Assembly (NCBI GenBank): GCA_964452555.1
Contig: CAYVMI010000033.1
Location: forward strand, 1,553 to 65,552
DNA: 64,000 nucleotides
Source of the DNA: an uncultured Desulfobacterales bacterium
Lineage (GTDB): Bacteria; Desulfobacterota; Desulfobacteria; Desulfobacterales; B30-G6
Direction of reading: 5' to 3'
A program made the position numbers and the translations under genes. Positions 37,118 to 46,145 of the stretch are shown here, one piece after another. Below the pieces are notes generated by a model. That model worked only from the letters and a program-made list of their open reading frames with translations, searched no databases and was not told the DNA's origin. The first letter of the stretch is position 1; the number at the start of each line of letters is the position of its first letter.

Positions 37118-38638
37118 ATGAAACGTACCCTGCTGGTAATTTGGCTTCTCATAATCTTAGTTTTCATGCTCTCCTGCAGCGGCCAAGCCAAACAAGTGAA
37201 AAATGACAGTCAGAATTCGCCGGCTTGGATCGAGACAGGTGGTGTCAGGCAATACCCGTCAGATCTTTTTATTACCGGTGTCGGCAGTGCGGATGTAAAA
37301 TATAACGATACCGCTGCTGCCCAGGCCGAATCGGACTCCAAATCCATAGCCCAGGTGGCCAAACAAATTGAAGTTGTTATCCAGCAGCTTTCATCCAGTT
37401 TTGAAAGGGAAGTATCCGCCGGCAGCGGACAGTCGCTTAATCAGCGCGATATTTGGGAAAAGACGGCAGCCTATGTCAAAATAAAAGTGGAGGGTGTCCG
37501 TATCCAAAGCCGTTACCATGACAAGAAAAGCGGTCGCATGTACTCCCTTGCCGTACTGGATCGTATGGCTCAGGGCCGAACCATATCGGATGAAATTAAA
37601 ACACTCAAATCCAACGCAGCGGCCATGACTGCCGAAGCGGAACGCAGCCAAAAACGGGTTGACAAGGTACATCGATCGGTTATGGCCTATGGATTGGCCA
37701 TCAAAAAACTGATCCTGGCGGTCAGAAAGAATCAGTACCTGGGAATTATCGCACCAGGAATGGTGGACCGGGATCTACCCGACGTGCTAGCGGGCTTACA
37801 ATCCGACATAACCGATCTTATGTCGGCATTTACAATGGAGGTTATCGCCGGCGACAACCAAAAGGGAATTGTAGGCGGCAATCTTCCTCAACCATTAAAA
37901 ATCCGTGTATACTATCGCAATCAACCGGCGCCGGCCATACCCATCAATTTCTCATTTGTTCAGGGATCCGGGAATGTCGATCCCTATGCTCGGTCGGATA
38001 AAAATGGTCTTGCCTTGTCAACTGCCGGCAACCTGGGGCCGACCGGTAAAAAAATTAATAAAATCCGCGCCGCCGTCAATGTCTATCCATCCGATCCAAA
38101 AATTCAAAAAGAACTGAGCACCATTATCGCACCGACCTACACCCAATTTACCTATGAACTCCCCCCCGTGGAGGAAATACGTGTGGCCGTCCTCATTGCC
38201 GAATACAATCTGGGATATGAACAACGAGAATCTTACCTGAAAAATTTGGTGGTGCTGTCTCTGGGCAGATCCAAACTGCAAGTTATCAAGGAGGTGCCCC
38301 CCGAATATCGCTTGGAATCATATGATCTACGCGGTGGTCCTGGATTGAGCGCCAAATTGAAACAGCTTGCGGAGATAGCCGATTTGGCGGTGGTGGGTGA
38401 GTCCAGGGCCACGCTCCAAAACGTCAGCTCGAGTTCTGCTTTAATCATTGCCAAGGCGCGTGCGATTATTAAAATATTCGATTTGTCCACGAACACGGAA
38501 ATCGGTAATGTTGACCTGGTAACCAAAGGTGCGGGCCCGGATCGAGACGAAGCCGGCCGCCGTACCCTCAAGAAGATTTCCGCTTCGGCCGCCCGCGCTT
38601 TTGACAAGGAGATCCAACGGACTTTGTTTGGCAAGTAG
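37118..38638 (+). CDS. Large lipoprotein: N-terminal LPP20/FlgP-like domain, central beta-rich domain, C-terminal FlgO/CsgG-like domain
   Basis: Signal peptide ending in Cys (VFMLSC). PAWIE...GVG...AAAQAESDSKSIAQVAKQIEV pattern of LPP20-like proteins. The C-terminal VAVLIAEYN...DLAVVGES... resembles CsgG/FlgO-type domains. Domain calls were made by eye. Confidence 0.6.
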   Translation: MKRTLLVIWLLIILVFMLSCSGQAKQVKNDSQNSPAWIETGGVRQYPSDLFITGVGSADVKYNDTAAAQAESDSKSIAQVAKQIEVVIQQLSSSFEREVSAGSGQSLNQRDIWEKTAAYVKIKVEGVRIQSRYHDKKSGRMYSLAVLDRMAQGRTISDEIKTLKSNAAAMTAEAERSQKRVDKVHRSVMAYGLAIKKLILAVRKNQYLGIIAPGMVDRDLPDVLAGLQSDITDLMSAFTMEVIAGDNQKGIVGGNLPQPLKIRVYYRNQPAPAIPINFSFVQGSGNVDPYARSDKNGLALSTAGNLGPTGKKINKIRAAVNVYPSDPKIQKELSTIIAPTYTQFTYELPPVEEIRVAVLIAEYNLGYEQRESYLKNLVVLSLGRSKLQVIKEVPPEYRLESYDLRGGPGLSAKLKQLAEIADLAVVGESRATLQNVSSSSALIIAKARAIIKIFDLSTNTEIGNVDLVTKGAGPDRDEAGRRTLKKISASAARAFDKEIQRTLFGK

Positions 38639-38775
38639 CTATATTGAAGCTTTCAGCGGTGAGCAATCAGCTACAGTTGTTAATGGCTTCTAAATAGTGT
38701 GGATTATAAAAATGAATTGGACCGGCTGAACCAAGAACCGTTTATTATTCAACTTGTTTTTAAAACAATGGGAAC

Positions 38776-38915
38776 TTCCAACATCGAATATGGAATTCTA
38801 CCTTATTTTTAAAGAAGGGGAAAGCGACACGCGGCGCAAGCGCCTGCCCTACGCGAGCGACTCCAAATTCGACATTGGATGTTGGACGTTCGATGTTGGA
38901 TGTTGATGATCGATC
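38776..38915. repeat. Heptamer-armed element with a GC-rich core, copy B (opposite orientation)
   Basis: The core agcgacacgcggcgcaagcgcctgccctacgcgagcgactcc aligns with the reverse complement of the copy A core at roughly 4 of 5 positions over about 90 nt, by eye. Confidence 0.8.
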
Positions 38916-39067
38916 ACCTCCGAACACTTCAACACTATAAGATATCCAACTAAAATGGTGTAGTATTAATTTAATATTCTACCTGGCCGGAAGAACCAAA
39001 AAAAGGCTGTAAACCATCAGCACTAAACGCCTAACAGTCTACAGCCTAAACACCTAATCGCCTTCAG

Positions 39068-40210
39068 TTACTGCTTGAGTCTGTCAAAGAACTCCCCCGG
39101 CACCGTTACTTCCATTTCAACCTCTACGGCGCCGTCCGGCATTTCACGTTTATCGATAACGCGCGCGCCCCTCAGAAAAGAACTCACCTGCACGTTGACC
39201 TGGTCGCTTTCGGTCATGAAATCCTTTACCGTGGTCTGAGAATCCACTTGCGCACCCTGAATTTCCTGAACCAAATTGCGCATGGCGTCAGCCTGAGCCG
39301 CTCTTGCCGCCAGTGTTCGCGCCAGGGTCGGATTCTTATGTTTTGACGAAGGCACACCGATTCCGCGGGCCCGGAATATTCTCGGCTTGGAGGGTGCTGG
39401 TTTGGGCTTTGGCAAGGGCGCCCGATAAAGGGCCACCAAACGGCTGTCCTTGTCCACCTCAACATCCACTGAAGTTAACAGATTTCCCAGGGTCACCCCG
39501 ACCACTTTAACATTGATGTAAATGACATCATTAAGCTCGGAAACTGTTCCCGAGATAATCGTCTCAGCACCTAGCAACTTTCCAAAGGATTGGGTCGATG
39601 ACTCGTCCACAAAAGATGAAACTTGGAACTCCTGCTCGGCAATCACCTTATCGATGATGGCGCGTTCCAATACCGAGAATTGCTCCGAACGGGAGAAATA
39701 TGGTGTTAATTTCTCAGCAATGTAGCGGCCCAACTTTGAAACGGACTGATCATCGTTGATCAGATCGGCAATAGCAATAACCATGGGTTTTGAGGGCGGG
39801 CCTCCGGATGACCCCATATTGGAGGATTCGCTCTCGGTATAACTTTCCTGTGATGCAACCGCGGTTCTACCTTCCTGTTTGGCTATTTCGGCCTCCAATT
39901 CGGCCATGGCATCTTCGGCGTTCTGCTGGACCTGTTCTTCAGGGGTGAGCATCTCTTCCGCTCCACCGGAAGTGGTGGCAGAAAAACCTTGCGATTGGCG
40001 CAGGTAGTATATTTCTTGATTGAGCTGATTGCCCAGGTATTCAAGTGCCTCTACGAACTTTGTATACCGTGGGGTTGTTTTCTCTAGAGGCTTTGGCTGC
40101 ATCGCGCTATCCGGTGCTGGCGGCGCACCCGCACATGCAACCAACATGCATATCATCAAAATCGCTAAAACCGTCGATAGTACTTTCAACCTTGCCTCCT
40201 TTCTCACCAA
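39068..40210 (-). CDS. Lipoprotein with a FlgO/CsgG(LpoB)-like domain and a C-terminal LPP20/FlgP-like domain
   Basis: Lipobox LVAC. VIAIADLIND...LGRYIAEKLT...FSVLERAIIDKVIAEQEFQVSSFVD...LGAETIISGTV matches the FlgO/CsgG-like pattern. The C-terminal GIGVP...ARAAQADAMRNLVQEIQG is LPP20-like. Confidence 0.6.
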   Translation of the reverse strand: MVRKEARLKVLSTVLAILMICMLVACAGAPPAPDSAMQPKPLEKTTPRYTKFVEALEYLGNQLNQEIYYLRQSQGFSATTSGGAEEMLTPEEQVQQNAEDAMAELEAEIAKQEGRTAVASQESYTESESSNMGSSGGPPSKPMVIAIADLINDDQSVSKLGRYIAEKLTPYFSRSEQFSVLERAIIDKVIAEQEFQVSSFVDESSTQSFGKLLGAETIISGTVSELNDVIYINVKVVGVTLGNLLTSVDVEVDKDSRLVALYRAPLPKPKPAPSKPRIFRARGIGVPSSKHKNPTLARTLAARAAQADAMRNLVQEIQGAQVDSQTTVKDFMTESDQVNVQVSSFLRGARVIDKREMPDGAVEVEMEVTVPGEFFDRLKQ

Positions 40211-40988
40211 ATATCTGCAGGTTATGTAGCTTTCCAGGTGAAATGCGATCGTCGCTTATTTTGATAAGCCGGGCTTATTTTCACGAGCCTGGTTTTTGGA
40301 AATAAGCCACATCACGCCTGGTCCGGAGGGATGCCCGGAGGGTGGTTCTCTGGGTTCGTATTCTGGAAAGATATAAATATCAGAGCGCAGACTATTCAGT
40401 CAATATTTCTCTTGTAAATCACCATTTTTACAGAAACTACCAAACGCTGCCATTAATACCTGCATCTTGCACAAGTCGGAGGCTTTCATATGCAAAGCGT
40501 ACTAAGGGATGACTTCGCCCTGACCGCTTCGACAAGCTGCAACCGAAGTCGTGACCTAGTGTTTTATCCTGTCTCGTCGCAGCTCGCAGAGCGAAGTCGG
40601 TTTCGAATCCTGGACAACGCAGTATATGGGTATCTCCGACTCGCCCTTCGGGTTATATTTGATGGCTACATAAATACTTTCATCCGCAAAACCCAATGGG
40701 TTTAATAAAAACAAGCTGTAAAAGGTCCTGGACCCCTCTCAATTAAAGGTTTGAGAAAAAATCATCAAATTCCATGCACGATTCAGGTAATACATTATTT
40801 ATAACAATTGGTTAGAGATGAAGCCCGACATGTCTCAGTTGGATTTCGTATTTTCAATTGACTTCTGCCTGTTTTTAACTTATTTTTATATGTATATTTA
40901 AAGTGGCTACACCATGTTTCAAACTGCCTCAGATCTTGTTGTCATTTTCTCATAACTGTCTCTTACCTCGCTAGAGAGGAGGTGAAAA

Positions 40989-42164
40989 TTGGTGAAACCC
41001 TGTAAATTATTACCACTTTTACTTATCGCCTTGCTTTTATCGGGCTGGATCTTCAGCCAAGCGGCCTACGCCTATTCACCCAAAGAAATTTATCAAAAAG
41101 CAGGCCCGGGTGTTGTTTTCATTTTTGCGTCCAAGGGTTCCAGTAAGGGCAGTGGCGGAACCGGGTCCATTATTACCCCGGACGGCCTGGTGATTACCAA
41201 TGCCCACCTATTTACTCAGAAAGATTCTTCTAATCTTCTCAGTAACATAACGGTTTTCCTAAAGCCTAAAAGGGTTACCGGAGATCATAAAGCCGATCTT
41301 GCCAAAGGGTATCGTGGCAAAATATTGGCCTATGATTTACCGCTTGATTTAGCCCTTGTGCAAATCCTTAACCCGGACAGACGATTTAAAACCGTACCTT
41401 TTGCAGATTCTGAAACAATTGAGATCGGCGAACAGGTTTACGCCATCGGTCACCCGGAACAGGGGGGCTTATGGAGCCTGACCACAGGCGTTATCAGCGC
41501 CCGCTGGAAAAATTACGGCGGTATTTCCGGCAAACATCTTTTCCAGACCGATGCCAGCATCAACCGCGGCAATTCCGGTGGCCCGCTGCTTGATGATAAG
41601 GCCGCTATGATCGGTATTAATTCCATGATCGCCCGTAAGGCTTCCGATGGACTTACCATAACGGATGTAAATTTTTCCATTCGTGCCAAAGTTGCCATCG
41701 ACTGGCTCAATCAAAAAGGATATCCAATAAAAACAGCAGCCAAAGCGGCACCAGCGCCAAAACCGGTTGTACAGCAGCCTGAAACAACAACCCAGACGCC
41801 GCCGGCCAAGACAACCCCCCCGGCTGAAACGACTGTTAAACCTAAACCACCGGTTAAGGAGGAAACCGCAAAATCACCGGTAAAATCGCCTGCCCCGAAG
41901 GACGAACCCGCTCTCACAAGAGAACAACCAAAAGAACAGACGGCTCCGGTTACACCGCCTCCACCCAAAAAGAAGCCGCCTGTGGCAAAAAAACCGCCAT
42001 CCAAAGATAAAGTCATCGCCCAAAAACCAAAAACAGGAAAAATCTTGACCCAGAAAAAACCCTACCGGATGGATTCCCTGTTGGAGGGCATGCGCGAAAT
42101 GGAAGATTTAATGGATGAAATGAAAGATATGATGAAAGGCTTCAAAGAAAGGAGAAAAAAATGA
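40989..42164 (+). CDS. Secreted trypsin-like (S1C/HtrA-like, no PDZ) serine protease with a Pro/Lys-rich C-terminal tail
   Basis: Signal peptide. Catalytic triad contexts ITNAHLF, DLALVQ and GNSGGPL. The tail is about 140 aa and P/K/T-rich. TTG/GTG start after GAGGAGG. Confidence 0.8.
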   Translation: MVKPCKLLPLLLIALLLSGWIFSQAAYAYSPKEIYQKAGPGVVFIFASKGSSKGSGGTGSIITPDGLVITNAHLFTQKDSSNLLSNITVFLKPKRVTGDHKADLAKGYRGKILAYDLPLDLALVQILNPDRRFKTVPFADSETIEIGEQVYAIGHPEQGGLWSLTTGVISARWKNYGGISGKHLFQTDASINRGNSGGPLLDDKAAMIGINSMIARKASDGLTITDVNFSIRAKVAIDWLNQKGYPIKTAAKAAPAPKPVVQQPETTTQTPPAKTTPPAETTVKPKPPVKEETAKSPVKSPAPKDEPALTREQPKEQTAPVTPPPPKKKPPVAKKPPSKDKVIAQKPKTGKILTQKKPYRMDSLLEGMREMEDLMDEMKDMMKGFKERRKK

Positions 42165-42727
42165 AAGCAAAATTCCTCGTAGTGTTCTGTGTATTGCTGG
42201 TAACCGGAATGTTTCTTATGGCTGGCTGTTCGAAAACCCCTGAAAGTGCTTTCTCGCAAGGTCCGGAATGGGTCTACAAGGGCAGTGGGGCTTTCGACGT
42301 TGAAAAAGGCAAGGTTTTTTACGGGGTCGGTATCGCCTCGGGCATTAAAAATAAAGCCCTGTTGGTAACCACGGCGGATAATCGCGCGCGGGCAGAAATA
42401 GCCAAAACGCTTGAAACCTATGTTGCTGTTTTAGCTAAGGATTATATGGCTTCCACCACAGCGGGCGACATGTCTGCATCCTCGGAAGAGCAGCATGTGG
42501 AACAAGCCCTGAAAACTTTTTCAAAGACCACCTTGCATGGAGCCACCATTGTTGACCATTGGCAGGATCCGGCAGATATGACCATGTATGCCCTGTGCGA
42601 ACTCGATATGTTTGCCTTCAAAGATGCATTGGACACCTATAAAGAACTTGACAAAAAGGTTCGCGACTACGTCCGTCAAAATGCGGAAAAAATGCACGAT
42701 GAACTCGAAGAGATGGAAAACAACTAA
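42161..42727 (+). CDS. LPP20/FlgP-like lipoprotein
   Basis: Lipobox MAGC. PEWVYKGSGAF...FYGVGIA...ADNRARAEIAKTLETYV pattern. Its ATG overlaps the protease stop codon (ATGA). Confidence 0.65.
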   Translation: MKAKFLVVFCVLLVTGMFLMAGCSKTPESAFSQGPEWVYKGSGAFDVEKGKVFYGVGIASGIKNKALLVTTADNRARAEIAKTLETYVAVLAKDYMASTTAGDMSASSEEQHVEQALKTFSKTTLHGATIVDHWQDPADMTMYALCELDMFAFKDALDTYKELDKKVRDYVRQNAEKMHDELEEMENN

Positions 42728-42757
42728 TAATATAATAATATAAGCAAGTTAAAAAAA

Positions 42758-42787
42758 GCAGCGCCTTATAGGCGCTGCTTTTTTTTG
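42758..42787 (+). terminator. Rho-independent terminator (bidirectional shape) after the protease-LPP20 operon
   Basis: Stem GCAGCGCC / GGCGCTGC with loop TTATA, followed by a T run and preceded by A7. Confidence 0.85.
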
Positions 42788-42936
42788 GGCGGACAACCAT
42801 GGGCGCACCTGTTTTTCTGTGGAGGTACTTAAATTAAATTAAACTTTTTCTCATAAATGCCGATGATAATTCTAGATTAATTGTTAATGGCAAAAGACAC
42901 ATATATGTTTTATCCATAAATCAAGAGACGGTTTAT

Positions 42937-44283
42937 ATGGCGTTTCCCAAAATTCTAGTGGTGGACGATAGCGCAATTATCCGTAAAGGCGTTGAGCTGC
43001 AACTCAGGGATAGTGCTGTCATTACCCAGGCCCCCAACGGTCAGGAAGGGTATGATCTCGCGCTTTCCAAGGAATTTGATCTTGTTGTAACCGATGTTGA
43101 AATGCCACTGATGGATGGCTATGAACTCTGTCGTCAAATAAAAAATACTGAAATAATTCAACATATACCTGTAATCATTCTGAGCTCCCTGGATGCCGAT
43201 CGTGATATTGACAAAGGATTCCAGGTTGGTGCCGCCGCCTATATAACCAAAAACGATGCCCAAAGTGAGTTGAAAGAAACCGTTGAACACGTTCTTGAAA
43301 AATCGAAATTCAAACAGGATCGTACCATTTTAGTGGTTGAAGACTCGGATACCATTCGCAGTGTCGTAAAAAAAGGACTGGCGGAGGCTGGATTTAAGGT
43401 TGTAACTGCCCAAAATGGGCAAGAAGGCCTGGATAGGATTACCGAGCAAGATCCGGATTTAATATTAAGTGATATTGAAATGCCCAAAATGGATGGGATT
43501 TCATTTTGCACAGCCGTCCAGGCGGATGATCGCTATGCCGCCATACCTTTTGTGGTGATGAGTACCAAAACCGATCGGGCACTCATGCAGCGCATGCTGC
43601 AAAAAGGTGCGGATGCCTATCTGGCCAAGCCATTTAACATTGACCAGCTCGTAATAACAATCGAAAGGCTGTTGTCGGATCAATATCAGATGCTTATTAA
43701 GGACCGGGAGCGTCTGGATTCTGAGCGGCGCATGATGCTGGCCGGTATCACCAGTTTAATTGAAGCACTGGAAGCTCGCGATCCCTATACCAGAGGTCAT
43801 TCCGAATCTGTGGGGAAAATTCTTAAGGGATTGGCCGCTGATATGGGAGCGTCGGCAGAAGAGCTGGAATTGCTGGGAATCGCAGGCGGTCTACATGATT
43901 TGGGCAAGATCGGTGTGCCTGACGCCATTCTCCTAAAACCTGGCAAGCTCAGTAAAGATGAGTTTGCCGCCATCAAAGAACACCCTGTCATGGGCGCCAA
44001 TATCCTGGCACCCATCGATACCCTCAAGGATTTGATCCCGATTATACTGCATCACCACGAGCGCCTGGATGGCAAAGGGTATCCCCATGGTCTTAAAAAC
44101 AAGCAGATTCCACTTTGGGCCAAGGCAACCGCAGTAGCTGATACCTATCACGCCCTGACCAGCAATCGTCCCTACCGTCAAGGTCTATCCCAGGAAAAAG
44201 CCTTCCAGATTATGCAGGACGTCCGCGGGACCCAGTTGTGTCCAGAGTGTTTAGATGTTTTTATGCAATGGATTTCTAATTAA
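42937..44283 (+). CDS. Dual-REC response regulator with an HD-GYP domain (c-di-GMP phosphodiesterase type)
   Basis: Two REC domains (ILVVDDS...VTDVEMPLMDG and ILVVEDS...LSDIEMPKMDG). HD-GYP motifs HDLGKIGVPD and HHERLDGKGYP. Confidence 0.9.
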   Translation: MAFPKILVVDDSAIIRKGVELQLRDSAVITQAPNGQEGYDLALSKEFDLVVTDVEMPLMDGYELCRQIKNTEIIQHIPVIILSSLDADRDIDKGFQVGAAAYITKNDAQSELKETVEHVLEKSKFKQDRTILVVEDSDTIRSVVKKGLAEAGFKVVTAQNGQEGLDRITEQDPDLILSDIEMPKMDGISFCTAVQADDRYAAIPFVVMSTKTDRALMQRMLQKGADAYLAKPFNIDQLVITIERLLSDQYQMLIKDRERLDSERRMMLAGITSLIEALEARDPYTRGHSESVGKILKGLAADMGASAEELELLGIAGGLHDLGKIGVPDAILLKPGKLSKDEFAAIKEHPVMGANILAPIDTLKDLIPIILHHHERLDGKGYPHGLKNKQIPLWAKATAVADTYHALTSNRPYRQGLSQEKAFQIMQDVRGTQLCPECLDVFMQWISN

Positions 44284-44341
44284 GTGTCCGCCAGAACGCC
44301 TCACACCTGCTTCTTCCATAGAAGAAATTATATTTTCATAA

Positions 44342-44477
44342 CCAAAAGTGCCTAAAGTGAACTAAAATGAGCTAAAGTGCCTAAAGTTAAGGAATACTAT
44401 CTTATTTATAAACGATAGAGCGTAGCGATTCATCAACTTTAGCTCACTTATAACTTTAGATCACTTATAACTTTTGG
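44342..44477. repeat. 136-bp inverted-repeat element built from CTAAAGTG-type words
   Basis: The arms ccaaaagtgcctaaagtgaactaaaatgagctaaagtgcctaaagtt and aactttagctcacttataactttagatcacttataacttttgg flank a core of about 45 bp. Confidence 0.75.
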
Positions 44478-44530
44478 GTAACCTTCTGGTTATTACTTGA
44501 AGTAATGATTTATTTTTACTTTGTGCTACT

Positions 44531-44902
44531 TCACTTGTAGGCTAATTCAAAAGCATTCTGAATGTGGTCGATCGCGTTTTCTTCACCTGTGGAGAGTACC
44601 GTCACCACATCGAACCGGGCGCGTTGATCCATCTGGTGGTTGGTTTTGAGATAGTATAAAGCGGCCATGGAAATTTTCCGCTGCTTTTTTTGGGTAATCG
44701 CCATCCGGGCGCTTCCGAAAGACAGGGAACGCCGGGTTTTAACCTCCACAAACACAATGGTCTTTTTCTCTTTAGCAATAATATCGATTTCCCCCACCGG
44801 ACATTTAAAATTTTGCTCCAGAATTTTATAAGCCTTCTTTTTAAGATAGCTTACAACGGCTTTTTCACCGGCTTGGCCGATTTGTTGGCGTTGCCGGGTC
44901 AT
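44531..44902 (-). CDS. yraN: YraN-family (UPF0102) endonuclease-like protein
   Basis: 123 aa. GEIDIIAKEKKTIVFVEVKTR motif. 4-nt overlap with rnhB. Confidence 0.85.
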   Translation of the reverse strand: MTRQRQQIGQAGEKAVVSYLKKKAYKILEQNFKCPVGEIDIIAKEKKTIVFVEVKTRRSLSFGSARMAITQKKQRKISMAALYYLKTNHQMDQRARFDVVTVLSTGEENAIDHIQNAFELAYK

Positions 44903-45510
44903 ACGAGTGTTTCCTTAACGCCCTTATAGCTCTTGCGGTGGATAGGCGAGCAACCGAATTGACGGACCGCCTTTTTATGGGCTTTAGTTGGATAACCCTT
45001 ATGTTTTGCAAACCCATATTGTGGGTAAAGGTCGTCATATTCGACCATTAAGCGGTCTCGGGTAACCTTGGCAATAATGGAAGCCGCAGCAATTGACATG
45101 CTGCGCGAATCACCTTTTTTAATCGTCTTTTGGGGAAGGGGCAATGAAATTTCAAATATGCCGTCCACCAGCAGGTAATCTGGATTTACAGATAGATCGG
45201 CCACGGCCATGGCCATGGATTGGAGCGTTGCCTGGAGGATGTTGATGCTGTCGATAGTTGGCGCATCCACGATGCCCACGCCTACGGCCTGGGCGGATTC
45301 CTGAATCCGCGGGAACAGTTCCGTCCTTTTTTTGGGACTCAACTTCTTGGAATCATCAATACCATCGATATCAAATGAATCCGGCAATACCACTGCCGCT
45401 GAAACAACCGGGCCGGCCAGGGGACCCCGACCGGCCTCATCTACACCGGCAATTTGGAAATAACCACTTTTTCGAGCTGCGCTTTCGAAAGCCCACAGGT
45501 CTTTATTCAT
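44899..45510 (-). CDS. rnhB: Ribonuclease HII
   Basis: IAGVDEAGRGPLAGPVV active-site block and DSKKLS motif. Confidence 0.93.
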   Translation of the reverse strand: MNKDLWAFESAARKSGYFQIAGVDEAGRGPLAGPVVSAAVVLPDSFDIDGIDDSKKLSPKKRTELFPRIQESAQAVGVGIVDAPTIDSINILQATLQSMAMAVADLSVNPDYLLVDGIFEISLPLPQKTIKKGDSRSMSIAAASIIAKVTRDRLMVEYDDLYPQYGFAKHKGYPTKAHKKAVRQFGCSPIHRKSYKGVKETLV

Positions 45511-45531
45511 ACATTTTTAATTAAAAATTGG

Positions 45532-45885
45532 CTATTTAGGGGCGAAACGCTTTTCCTTGATCCGGGCAGCCTTGCCTCTCAATTTTCGCAAATAATAAAT
45601 CTTTGCACGTCGAACCCTGCCATTGGTAATTACTTCAATGTTATTAATGACAGGTGAGTTTAACGGAAAGATGCGCTCTACACCGATGCCGTAGGATACT
45701 TTTCTGACCGTAAATGACGCATTAACCTTATTCTTGCGTTTGCTGATCACCACGCCCTGAAATGCCTGGATACGCTCCTTTTCACCTTCACGAATTTTTA
45801 CATTGACCTTGACCGTGTCGCCGGGATCAAAGTGGGGCAGATCCAAACGCATGATTTCTTTTTCAAGCTGTTTAATTTTTTCCAT
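45532..45885 (-). CDS. rplS: 50S ribosomal protein L19
   Basis: 117 aa. [12 protein letters not shown]...[21 protein letters not shown]...RRAKIYYLR. Confidence 0.95.
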   Translation of the reverse strand: MEKIKQLEKEIMRLDLPHFDPGDTVKVNVKIREGEKERIQAFQGVVISKRKNKVNASFTVRKVSYGIGVERIFPLNSPVINNIEVITNGRVRRAKIYYLRKLRGKAARIKEKRFAPK

Positions 45886-46015
45886 GATTAACTCCAGTAT
45901 GATATTTTTTTATCTCTTTCTTGATTTAAGCGATAAGCACTAAGCTGTAAGCAAATAGCAGCTTCCAGCCCAAAGCTCATAGCTCAAATTTGATGACCAG
46001 TAAAAATCAGAATTC

Positions 46016-46140
46016 GACGGCTTTGTAAAAAGTTCAAATTCAAGGCATGTAAATTTTGTAATCATGAGGCGTACTTACTGTACGTTGAATGATTGCAAAA
46101 TATTGCATAACACAGAAGTTGGGCTTTTTACAAAACCGTC
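46016..46140. mobile_element. 125-bp MITE-like element with terminal inverted repeats GACGGCTTTGTAAAAAG / CTTTTTACAAAACCGTC
   Basis: The TIRs were read directly. Its interior matches the interior ends of 50028-50423 in reverse orientation. No transposase is present. Confidence 0.7.
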
Positions 46141-46145
46141 AAAGC

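Noticed and set aside
40599-40610. ggtttcgaatcc, which resembles a tRNA or tmRNA T-loop (GGTTCGAATCC).
   Set aside because: The flanking bases cannot form a 5-bp T-stem, and no acceptor, D or anticodon arms could be drawn. It is not a tRNA or tmRNA.
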